Assembly (NCBI GenBank): GCA_051362555.1
Contig: CM120641.1
Coordinates: forward strand, 8,060,001 to 8,124,000
Source: Lingula anatina
Lineage: Eukaryota; Animalia; Brachiopoda
Direction of reading: 5' to 3'
DNA: 64,000 nt
The notes below the pieces were generated by a model. That model saw only the letters and a program-made list of their open reading frames with translations, was not told the DNA's origin and ran no database searches. The position numbers and the translations under genes are program-made. This document shows positions 11,246 through 22,030 of the stretch, one piece after another; the stretch's first letter is position 1, and every line of letters starts with the position of its first letter.

Positions 11246-14200
11246 ATGGAGAAGTTTTTAAAAATTTCAAAACGCCAAGTAGAAGAGACTGAGAGTGAGA
11301 GCGTCGCAGAATCGGCTTCAACTTCAAGTGGTAAGTAAACAAAATCAAAGCAGAAACGAACTTATAGTCTGAGCTCTTTGACCCAACGCATGTTTTTGAC
11401 GTTTTCTGATTTTTTTTTCCTGAGCGGAACAAAAAAAGAAACAAGGCAGCAAAGCTGTCAAATGTACAGACAAAAAACAGGAAATAACTATGCACAAAAT
11501 AGGCTACTGTCAATTCTGATGCAAAAGTACATTATGTTAAACTGCAAATTCAACATCAAATTTTAATTATGCTCAAGCAGCACCCAAAATTGTGTTTTCT
11601 TCTATTCTGATGCAATATTACATAATGGTTAACAGCATAATGACCGTCAATTTTTAATAATAAAATATACATGGATTTTCAGAAAATGTGACTAGCATGG
11701 GTCTTCAAGCCCGTGGAACTTCAAAGTTACACCTTGAAAATGCCAATATGTGAAAAATTAAATTTTCACAAAAAAACTGTTTAACTGGCAGTAAGAATTA
11801 CCAAACAGACTGCATTGCCTACTGAAGCTGTATTTTAGTCCCATGTTTCTTTCCTGTAAGTTTGAGAACAGTAAGTGACATGGTTTTTCTTAAATGGTCA
11901 TCATGGGGGCAGTGCCCAAAATAGTTTTTTTTTCAAATTTTGATGCAATATTACATAATGTTTAACAGCATAATGATGAGTATTATGGATATTCAGAAAA
12001 TGTTACTAGCAAAGGTCTTCAGGCCCATGGAACTTCAAAGTCACAACTTGAAAATGCCAAAATGTAAACAAGACAGCACTGTTCTGAATTTTTTTTTTTC
12101 CATTTTTAACAATTTTTAATATAAAACAAAAATAACAGTTTACTGCCGTTTTTATATGATCAACTAAGAAAATTGATGAGATGGGAAAAATATCAATAGA
12201 GCAGTGTTAAATGTCCAATTTCTTCCATTCTGAGATTCTGAACATAGTGAATGTCAATGATTGAATCTGACAAACTGCAATGATATGAGTTTATTTCCAT
12301 TTTTTGAAACTTTATTACACAATACACGATAACAAGTTTACCATCATTTTTACATAATCAACTAATAATGTTGTAAAGATGCAGGAAATGCCAAACAAAC
12401 ACTTTTACGTATCTTACTAATTAAATAATGAAACATGCATGTTAACATGCCTAAGAATTAAATCTGAGGAAATGTGAAAAAACAGCATTTCTTCTAAATA
12501 ATGGCCCGATTAAGCTGATTTTTAAACTCAACCTGCGTTTTAGCAGGAATGACCACTCCTGTGAGTTTACTGGCAATTGGCCTATCTGTTTTTCTTATTT
12601 TGTGTTTACAGTGTTGCATATATGCTGAAAAGTGAAAAAAAAAGCATAACTAAAATAGTGGCCCGATCATGCCTATTTTCTAACTTGACCTGCGTTATAG
12701 TAAGAATGATTACTCCTATGAGTTTCATGACAACAGGCCTAACGGTTTTCCTTGAAATGTGTTTACAGTGTTGCATATATGCTGAAAAGTGAAAAAACAG
12801 CATAAGTTCTACAATAATGGCCCGATCATGCTGATTTTCGGACTTGACCTGCGTTTTATGGATATTCATCAGCTCTGTAAATATACAGCCAAAAAGTAAA
12901 ACTGCCTTCCACTTATCGTGTTTACAATGAAAGTGCACGGCGACAGTGACAGTGACAGTGACGGCAACGCCAGCCACAAAGACGCAGGTGATGGCAATAT
13001 GTACAGACACATCTGTACATATTTACTGTACTGTTTGAGAACAGTAAGTGACATGGTTTTTCTTAAATGGTCATCATGGGAGCAGTGCCCAAAATAAGTT
13101 TTTTTCAAATTTTGATGCAATATTACATAATGTTAAACAGCTTAATGACCATCAATTTTTAATAATAAAATATTAGTATCATGGATATTCAGAAAATGTG
13201 ACTAGCAAAGGTCTTCAGGCCCATGGAACTTCAAAGTCACAACTTGAAAATGCCAAAATGTAAACAAGACAGCACTGTTCTGAAATGTTTTTTTTTCCAT
13301 TTTTAACAATTTTTTTAACATAAACAAAATTAACAGGTTACTGCCATTTTTATACGATCAACTAAGAAAATTGATGAGATGGGAAAAATATCAATACAAC
13401 AGTGTTAAATGTCCAATTTCCTCCATCCTGAGATTCTGAATGATTGCATCTGACAAACTGCAATGATATGAGTTTATTTCCATTTTTGACACTTTATTAC
13501 ACAATACACGATAACAAGTTTACCATCATTTTTACATAATCAACTAACAATGTTGTAAAGATTCAGGAAATGTCAAACAAACACTTTTATGTATCTTATT
13601 AGTAAAATAATAAGACTGTTAACATGCCTAAGAATTGAATCTGAGGAAATGTGAAAAAACAGCATAACTTCTAAAGTAATGGCCCGATCATGCCGATTTT
13701 CGAACTTGACCTGCGTTTTAGTAAGATTGATTACTCCTGTGAGTTTCATGACAACAGGCCTAACGGTGTTCCTTAAAATGTGTTTACAGGGTTGCATATA
13801 TGCTGAAAAGTGAAAAAGCAGCATAAGTTCTACAATAATGGCCCGATCATGCTGATTTTCGAACTTGACCTGCGTTTCATGAATATTCATCAGCTCTGTA
13901 AATATAAAGCCAAAAAGTAAAACTGTCCTCCACTTATCGTGTTTACAAGGAAAGTGCACGGCATCGGCGACGGCATCGGCATCGGCATCGGCATCGGCAT
14001 CGGCATCGGCATCGGCATCGGCGACGGCATCGGCGACGACAGACGCAGGTGATGGCAATATGTACAGACACATCTGTGTCTGTACATAAAAAGGGGGGGA
14101 GGGGGTTAAATGCGTGCGACGTGCAACGTGTGTACTTGAACTTGAATTACCTAGCGTACGCTATTACAGTACAGTGCAATACTATACAAATAATACAAAA

Positions 14201-14864
14201 TAATGAATTTTATTTCAACTCGGATACAATTGAATCTTTTAACAATCTCGTTAGGTTTTCAGCAGTTCACCGACTGCCTCTCCGTCAGAGCGACTTACGG
14301 AGTTCACCCTGAATATCACAAGTTCTCTAATAATGATAGTGCTTAATTTAACCTCATTTTAATATTTATTTTGAAACGAGTATTTCTATATATATATTTA
14401 TTAAGACCCCATATCTGAATGGTCTACTTGTTTGTCCCAATTGTTGATTTTAACGTTGTTAAATGTTTAGCTCTTTATCACATGTACCAGTAATTGATTA
14501 TGTCTGACTCAGTGATTGTGTTGGCAGTCTTTAATAAACTTGACACTTAAAAATTGCAGGTACCAAACCAAAAACACCAAAAATTGAAAAAAGGCTATAT
14601 TTGCCAAAGTGGGAGGTCGGAAGACCTTGGCTAAGGTACCAAAATGGGTCTTCCATTGATGTGACAACTCCCAGTTTCCACTCTGAGCCATCCATTGATG
14701 TGACAATTTCTGAGTCTTCCAATGATGTGACAACTCCCAGTATCCACTCTGAGCAGGCAGAGATCTCAGACAGTGATGAGGGGTTTGATGACTGTTATAG
14801 TGATTCAGATGAAGACAATGAAATGACTGAGAAGGATGTGGAGCAATTTTTAAGACAAAATTGA
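11246..14864 (+). pseudogene. Two-exon relic of a hAT-like transposase (exons 11246-11330 and 14560-14864)
   Basis: GT-AG splice joins in frame: MEKFLKISKRQ...STSS-G-TKPKTPKIEKRLYLPKWEVGRPWLRY, resembling the start of a TTF-type Zn finger (W..xPWLxY), fused directly to an acidic C-terminal tail; catalytic core absent. Confidence 0.65.
11442..14090 (-). mobile_element. HINE/DINE-1-like family B copy 2 (dimeric), inside the hAT intron
   Basis: Same termini as copy 1; (GGCATC)n at about 13960-14035; same internal junction near 13000-13030. Confidence 0.78.
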
Positions 14865-16684
14865 TCTTTATACCGACTTTTATCTCTTCATCAGGACAAT
14901 TTCCCTCCGGCCGATTCCCTCCAAAGAATGTATATTTATGTACAAATATATAGTAAAGAGCATGAAGCTTAAATCCTTGCATCTATTGTATGAATATTTC
15001 TTGGTGTGATGATGCAACTTAAAGATACAAAATATAAATTTCATTAAACAAATTATGTTCATGGAGTACAAGTTCAGAAAATTTTAGAAATATAAGTACA
15101 GAAAATTTTATTAAAAATCTAATCAAAGTATCTCTAGGTAAAGTGGGGTAAATAAATATGCATATAATTTGTTTAATTTAGATTAGAATGTGCAAAATCT
15201 GTAGACAAAAGAATAAACATAGTTCTAGGTTTAAAAAAGGTTTCAAATTTTTTCTCTTTATTTGCATATGATAACATCTCCATCATGAGTCATTATCACA
15301 TGGCCTGCACTTTGAATATTTGGCCAGTAACTTCGTAATAAAACTGGCCAAAGTCTGGCTTGTGCATTTTCGGTTTGACCAGTAACTTTCAGAGCACACT
15401 GGCCAAATTGGCCTGTACTATTTCAAACGAAGGTCAAACACTGTAGTAAGTTTTCACATAATTCCCTTAGTTTGGGAGATATTTAGCATTGAATTTCCAA
15501 AAATTTTGACAAGGGTGCGTTTCAACGAGCATCACGCCTAGGCCAAGGTACCTACTGAGACAAAAAAAAAAAAACAGGGGGTTCAAGTTGAGATTATATG
15601 TGACCTTAATCCAAGAGATGGGGACAAAGGTCCTTGCAGTAATGGTGACTTGGTCAAAGGTCAATTTCAAGGTCACAGTTATATTGCCAGTATATGACAT
15701 CCTATTTAAGTTCAATTATTATGGTAACTATGAGCATATCTCTGCTTATTATGGAGTATTCAACATTGTATTTTCACCAGTGAATACTATGACATTGTAC
15801 TTTTTGATATAGCACAACTCATAAACCATATGGAAAACAAAAGAATGATAAGCTCTACAGAGTGGAACAAACGAGGTCTCTAACATTCAGGGTTCCAGAA
15901 CTGGAGAGAGTTTTCAGTTTTGGCATCTAATGACTTCTTCGGTCTCCTGTAATGCACTGATTAACCCCAAACTCATGAAGATAAAAGATGACCCAAAGTT
16001 TTACACCTGCCCATAATATTATAGGTTAGGTCTGACAAGGACAATGAGAGAAGGACGTGAAACGCGGAGTAAGATCAAAGGATAATCGGCTTAGTGCGAG
16101 CTCTTCGTGAAACCATGTGCATTCGGATCACGCAACCTCCCATACATATTGCAGTAGTCGATTACTTTTTGTGTCATTTGGGCAGGTAGTTCGCGATAAT
16201 GTAAGTCAATCTTTCGGGTGGATGAGACAATAAAATTATAGAGATTAAGTATAAGTACAATTTGTTCTGTCAATTTGGAAGCTATGTGAGAATTTTTATA
16301 TGTTTATTCATGGAGGAATTCAAAATGCCCTATGTGGTAAAGGCAATCTTGTTTGTTGCCGTAAAATGAGCATTCAAAATTGTACAATTGTAGTGTAGTA
16401 TACTTGTTTTCAGCTATGATCCGATTGGAAAATATTTTTAGTGTCAAACTTTTCTCTCTATATGAGAAATTAGCCTGAGGCGCGGCAATAATGAAACCTT
16501 CAATCGTGTCTTGAATTAAAATGAACAATTCCTCTCCGATTTATTCAACTCGCTGACATCATTTTAGGTCTGGTATTTTTTACATACGGTTTAGATAAAG
16601 GTGGCATTTACACTGCTGTGTACTGTATGGATAAGTTTATGTTACTTGCTTAAGTGAGCCCGAATTATGTAATGATAATTAATA

Positions 16685-17255
16685 TTTCTAACATTCAATA
16701 TGGGCTCTCGTTGCAATAGGGCACCACACATGCATTCGTGACCCACAAAAAACGCACCCGAGGGTCTTTTAATATTCTTTTATCAAAGTTGACATTAACA
16801 CTGCTCTAAAGTATATATATATTTACACATTACCGGCTAGAGTCTGCTCCAGTGTGAGAATGATAATTATTATCTTTTTAACTTTCAATATGGGCTCTCG
16901 TTGCAATGTGGTACCACACATGCATTTGTTACGCACAAAAACGCACCTGTGGGCCTTTTAATATTCTTTTATCAAAGTTGACATTAACACTGCTCTAAAG
17001 TATATATATACTTAAACATTACCGGCTATGGTCTGCTCCAGTCTAAGAATGATAATTATTATTTTTTTAACTTTCAATATGGGCTCTCATTGCAATATGG
17101 CACCACACACGTATTCGTTACGCAAAAAAACGCACTTGTGGGCCTTTTAATATTCTTTTATCAAAGTTGACATTAACACTGCTCTGAAGTATATATATAT
17201 TTACACATTACCAGCTACGGTTTGCTCCAGTTTGAGAGTGATAATTAATAGTTTT
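16685..17255. repeat. Three ~190-bp tandem repeats inside the P-like element
   Basis: TTCAATATGGGCTCTC recurs at about 16694, 16884 and 17073. Confidence 0.85.
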
Positions 17256-17548
17256 TCATCTTTAAATTGGAGTCCCCAAACAGCATAGAGACGATTGACA
17301 AACACTCTCATTGGTCTTTTAATTCAAGTATAAATGTGGACATGTACACATGCAAACTTCATGATTATATTTACTTGGGTAATGGTCATAAAAGTGGATC
17401 TTGATTGTCACATATTGTGCAGCGCGCCACCTATATGATGTGTGTATTGACCTGGGAGGTCATTGTGTATCTCAGTGAGCTGATTCTAATAAACACGTGT
17501 CCTGACAACAAGGCAGTTGTTATATGGTGTCTAGAAGCGGGATTCTCA

Positions 17549-20500
17549 ATGGAAACCTTGAAACCACCTGCACACGTTAATTTCCAGAGTGGAAATGTGG
17601 CTACAAACTGGCGTAAATGGGAGCAGCAATTCAAGGTGTACTATAATGCATGCGAATTAGGAGAAAAGTCTGGCGCGACGCAAGTCGCCATCTTGCTTCA
17701 CACTGCAGGCCCGGAGGCGCAAGATATTTTTAACACGTTCACTTTTGAAGATGACTCACAGAAACAAGATGTAGACGTGGTCTTGACAAAATTTAGACAG
17801 TACAGTGAGCCCAGGCGCAATGTAGTTTTTGAGAGATACCAATTCTGGAGCCGAAGTCAGCAAGAAGGGGAATCCGTAGACACGTGGATAACGGAGCTGA
17901 GAAGGCAAAGCGACAAATGTGAGTTTGGCGAACAAAAAGACTTGTTAATCAGAGACAAACTCGTATTTGGTGTATTGGATCCTAAAGTCAAAGAAAGATT
18001 GCTAAGGGAAACCTCTCTTACGTTAGAAAAAGCGCTTGACATTGCACGTGCAGCAGAAGTAAGCAGAGCGCAAATGGCCGCCATGACAGTCCCGGCAAGT
18101 TTACCTGAAGTCAATGCTATTAAGAGCAAACAGCGTATCGCCAAAGTCACATCTAAATGCAAGTACTGTGGAACTTCACACCTTCCGAAACGATGTCCAG
18201 CTTATGGTAAGAAGTGCAAGAAATGTTCGGGGTTAAATCATTTTGCCGTTGTTTGTCTGGGTGGAGGCTTCAGAAAGAAACCATTATCATCAAAGAAGAT
18301 ACACCAGCTAGACACGGAGGTTGTTGGCAGTGATGAAGGTGAGAGGCTGTTCGTTGGCAGTCTCACAAGCAGCAATTGTTCTACGCAGTATTCTGAGACT
18401 CTGTATATTAACAAGAAGCCAGTGACATTTAAGTTGGATACTGGAGCTGATGTCAATGTGCTGCCATGGGGTACCTATAAGCAAGTATGCCAGACACCTC
18501 TCCGTGTCACTAAAGCTGTTCTGACAGCATTTGGAAATGCTACAATAAAACCAGTGGGTCAAGCACAGCTGTCAGTCTCAACCAAGCCCTCTCTTATGCC
18601 TCAGCCAGCTACTTTCTATGTGACTGAAGGAGATTATTCAGCCATTCTTGGACGTCAGTTATGTGCTTCACTAGGGCTTATACAACGTGTACCTGTGAAC
18701 ATAGTCCAGTCTACGAATGTACCTTTGACCCAAGACAAGCTATTGAGTGAGTATGGTGACAATTTTACTGGACTTGGACAATATAAGAGAGAATATGATA
18801 TTGTTGTTGACCCAAGTGTTTCCCCAGTGGTGCAAGCTCCTCGTAAGATACCCTTTGCTAAGCATGACAAGTTGAAGGAGGCTCTCTTTCAGCTAGAAAA
18901 GCAAGATGTCATTGCAAGTGTTGACAAACCAACTGACTGGGTGAACAATTTAGTGATTACAGAGAAACGCAATGGTAGCATTAGGCTATGTCTCGATCCC
19001 AAGCCACTCAACCAGGCCATAAAGCGTGAGAGATATGAGATACCTACGCCAGCTGATGTTCAGAGCCGACTAGCAGGTAAATGCATCTTCACAGTTGTTG
19101 ACATGAAGGATAGTTACTGGCACGTGAAACTATCTGAAGAATCATCATATCTTTGCACTTTCCACACCCCATGGGGCCGAAAGAGATTTAAGCGCATGCC
19201 TTTCGGAATATCCTCTGCTAGTGAAGTGATGCAGAAGCGTAATGAGGAAGCGTTTGGTGACATTCCAGGGGTGCACGTCATAGCAGACGACATGATCATT
19301 GCAGGTAGCAGTGAGGCAGAGCATGATAGTATAGTTCATAAGGTCATGCAGCGAGCACGTGAACAGAATGTCAAGTTCAACAAGGATAAAATCCAATTCA
19401 AAGTGAAGTCAGTCAACTACATGGGTCATATTGTATCTGAAGAAGGACTTAAACCTGATCCTGCCAAAGTCGATGCAATCATTAACATGCCCCAGCCAAC
19501 AGACAGAGCTTCAATGATGCGTTTCTTGGGAATGGTGAAATATCTGTCACCATATATAGCCAATGAGTCAAGCCTAACTGCTCCTCTCAGATTGCTGCTG
19601 AAAGAGGATATTGAATGGCACTGGGGACCAGAGCAGGATCATGCTATGCAGCAAGTAAAGGAAGCTCTAAGCAAGCAGCCCGTTCTGCAGTTTTATGATG
19701 TGACACAGCCAGTCACCATTCAAACAGATGCCTCTCAAGGTGGGTTGGGTTCATGCTTACTCCAACGAAACAAACCTGTTGCATATGCCTCGAGAGCTCT
19801 TACTTCAGCAGAACAAAATTATTCTCAAATAGAAAAGGAGCTTCTAGCTATTTGTTTTGCCTGTGAAAAATTCCACCAGTATGTGTATGGCAAAGAAGTG
19901 GAGATTCACACTGATCACCGCCCATTGGAAATTATTCTGAAGAAGCCTATCGTTAAGGCATCTCCAAGACTGCAACGTATGATGTTACAGCTACAAAGAT
20001 ACAACATTTCTGTCCGATACATAAAAGGAAAGTACATGCATGTAGCTGATACGCTTTCTAGAGCGTATATTCAGGATGAGTCCAAGTGTGGTGCTCCAGA
20101 GGATATTGAAGTTATGGTACACAGCCTAGTTACCAGTCTCCCTGCTTCTACAGACAAACTGGAGGAGATTAAAGCAGCCACTGCTGATGATTACACATTA
20201 CTAAGACTTCAGTCAGTTATAAAACGCGGTTGGCCTGACAGGAAGTCTGAGCTGCCAGTGAACGTCCAGCCCTACTGGGATGTAAGGGATGAGTTACACA
20301 TAGCAGAAGGCCTCGTTCTTCTGGGAGAGCGCATCGTAATTCCCGCCAAGTTACGATCAGACATGTTGTCTCTAATTCATGAAAGCCACTTGGGTGCTGA
20401 CAAATGCAAAGCAAGGGCGAGATCTTCACTATACTGGCCAGGAATGTCAGCGGACATAGAATTGATAGTTGCCCAGTGCTCGGTGTGCAGTAAATTTCGT

Positions 20501-21469
20501 CCAAGCAACGGAAAGGAGCCCTTGATTCCGCACGCGATACCACACAGGCCATGGGAGAAAGTTGGAGCGGACATTATGACTTTGAAGGGTAAAGACTACC
20601 TGGTTGTGGTAGATTATTATTCCAAATACCCAGAGATTTCTTACTTAGAGGACAAAACGGCCAAGACCGTGATACTACACTTAAAGTCTATATTTGCTAG
20701 ACATGGAATTCCTGAGACAATTGTCTCTGACAATATGCCATTTGGGAGTTATGACTTTAAAAACTTCGCAAGAGAATGGGGAATAAACCAGGATACCTCG
20801 AGTCCTCACTATCCTCAGTCAAATGGACAGAGCGAGAGAACAGTTCAGACTATTAAGAAAATCCTGAAGAAAGCCATGAGTGATGGAAGAGATCCATACA
20901 TTGCCTTGCTGGAGTATCGTAATACTCCAATCTCAGGAATGGATTTTTCCCCAGCCCAGATGCTAATGAGCAGAGCTTTACGTTCTAAGATTCCAACAGC
21001 TACCAAGCTACTTGAACCACAAGTAGTGTTTCCAAAGCAGCAGCTACATAGACAACAGCAGAGGTACAAGAGAATATATGACAGAAAAGCAAAGGAGTTG
21101 CCCGAGTTAACTCCAGGAGAATCAGTCGGTCTTCAGTGCCAGGGAGAATGGAAGCCCGCATCAGTTGTAAAGAGGGACGCACATCCTCGGTCTTATGTAG
21201 TAAGCTACAATGGTCATTCATTCAGGAGGAACAGAAGACACCTCAGAAAAGGGAACTTCAAATTTTCCAATGATTTGCAGGAAATACCTGATCTCCATGA
21301 AACAAGTAAACCCGAGTCACCAGTCAATCAGGACTGTAAATCTGAGTCGCCACTTAAAAAATATCATCAAAAGAAACACCAGGAAAGCACTGAGAAATCT
21401 GGAGTTCAATGTGAGAAATATACCAGGTCCGGAAGGCTTAGTAAACCTCCAGATAGGCTTAATCTATAA
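17549..21469 (+). CDS. Gag-Pol polyprotein (about 1306 aa)
   Basis: Single intact ORF: two CCHC knuckles, protease LDTGA, RT IADD, RNase H TDAS, integrase HHCC + DDE; PR-RT-RH-IN order is Ty3/gypsy. Confidence 0.95.
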   Translation: METLKPPAHVNFQSGNVATNWRKWEQQFKVYYNACELGEKSGATQVAILLHTAGPEAQDIFNTFTFEDDSQKQDVDVVLTKFRQYSEPRRNVVFERYQFWSRSQQEGESVDTWITELRRQSDKCEFGEQKDLLIRDKLVFGVLDPKVKERLLRETSLTLEKALDIARAAEVSRAQMAAMTVPASLPEVNAIKSKQRIAKVTSKCKYCGTSHLPKRCPAYGKKCKKCSGLNHFAVVCLGGGFRKKPLSSKKIHQLDTEVVGSDEGERLFVGSLTSSNCSTQYSETLYINKKPVTFKLDTGADVNVLPWGTYKQVCQTPLRVTKAVLTAFGNATIKPVGQAQLSVSTKPSLMPQPATFYVTEGDYSAILGRQLCASLGLIQRVPVNIVQSTNVPLTQDKLLSEYGDNFTGLGQYKREYDIVVDPSVSPVVQAPRKIPFAKHDKLKEALFQLEKQDVIASVDKPTDWVNNLVITEKRNGSIRLCLDPKPLNQAIKRERYEIPTPADVQSRLAGKCIFTVVDMKDSYWHVKLSEESSYLCTFHTPWGRKRFKRMPFGISSASEVMQKRNEEAFGDIPGVHVIADDMIIAGSSEAEHDSIVHKVMQRAREQNVKFNKDKIQFKVKSVNYMGHIVSEEGLKPDPAKVDAIINMPQPTDRASMMRFLGMVKYLSPYIANESSLTAPLRLLLKEDIEWHWGPEQDHAMQQVKEALSKQPVLQFYDVTQPVTIQTDASQGGLGSCLLQRNKPVAYASRALTSAEQNYSQIEKELLAICFACEKFHQYVYGKEVEIHTDHRPLEIILKKPIVKASPRLQRMMLQLQRYNISVRYIKGKYMHVADTLSRAYIQDESKCGAPEDIEVMVHSLVTSLPASTDKLEEIKAATADDYTLLRLQSVIKRGWPDRKSELPVNVQPYWDVRDELHIAEGLVLLGERIVIPAKLRSDMLSLIHESHLGADKCKARARSSLYWPGMSADIELIVAQCSVCSKFRPSNGKEPLIPHAIPHRPWEKVGADIMTLKGKDYLVVVDYYSKYPEISYLEDKTAKTVILHLKSIFARHGIPETIVSDNMPFGSYDFKNFAREWGINQDTSSPHYPQSNGQSERTVQTIKKILKKAMSDGRDPYIALLEYRNTPISGMDFSPAQMLMSRALRSKIPTATKLLEPQVVFPKQQLHRQQQRYKRIYDRKAKELPELTPGESVGLQCQGEWKPASVVKRDAHPRSYVVSYNGHSFRRNRRHLRKGNFKFSNDLQEIPDLHETSKPESPVNQDCKSESPLKKYHQKKHQESTEKSGVQCEKYTRSGRLSKPPDRLNL

Positions 21470-22030
21470 ATAAGGCATGTGCTAGCAACCTCTGCCTTTT
21501 GTTTTGTTTTGTTTGTTTTGATGACATCTCAGTGCATGTGTACTTTCATGGTTCATTAACCTAAACTGTGTTTATGTTTCTGTGAAAAGTTACTAGTCTG
21601 GAGTTACAAAGTTGACAGTTTATCAACAGAAGGAACATTGACACTTATAATCAGTTATTCCTTTGGGTGTTGTATTTTGTAGACTAGTAAGTTAAACTTT
21701 GTGTGTGTTTTGAAAAGACTGTTTATTGAAAGTTTGTTTATTGAAAACTGAACAGTGACTTTATGCACGTTGTTTATTGAAAACTTTGAACAGTGATTTA
21801 TGCAGTTTGTTAATGAAGTTAATGTTTCACTGTTGCTCTTTAGTCAGGCACTGCTTTGAATGGTTCACACAAGCCACTATTTCTAACAAAGTTAAAGTTT
21901 AAAGTTAAAGTCTTGTACGGTGCCTGTTTCTTCATAAAAAGGGAGATGTCACATATTGTGCAGCGCGCCACCTATATGATGTGTGTATTGACCTGGGAGG
22001 TCATTGTGTATCTCAGTGAGCTGATTCTAA

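Larger units (their letters stand above)
10820..15443 (+). mobile_element. Internally deleted hAT-like DNA transposon with a 6-bp TSD, containing family B copy 2
   Basis: TIRs CAGCGTTTGAC / GTCAAACACTG (10/11 match); TAGTAA duplicated (10814-10819, 15444-15449); subterminal CTCGCCAG/TGGCCAG repeats; spliced transposase relic inside. Confidence 0.8.

Noticed and set aside
13573-14073. 166-aa ORF with an (AD)n run, and related ORFs at 7329, 10378 and 12606
   Set aside because: Chance translations of family B repeats and the (GGCATC)n microsatellite; frames not preserved between copies
17405-17548. N-terminal 48 aa of the tracked Gag-Pol ORF
   Set aside because: Lies in the LTR/PBS with a non-ATG start; the real start is most likely ATG 17549
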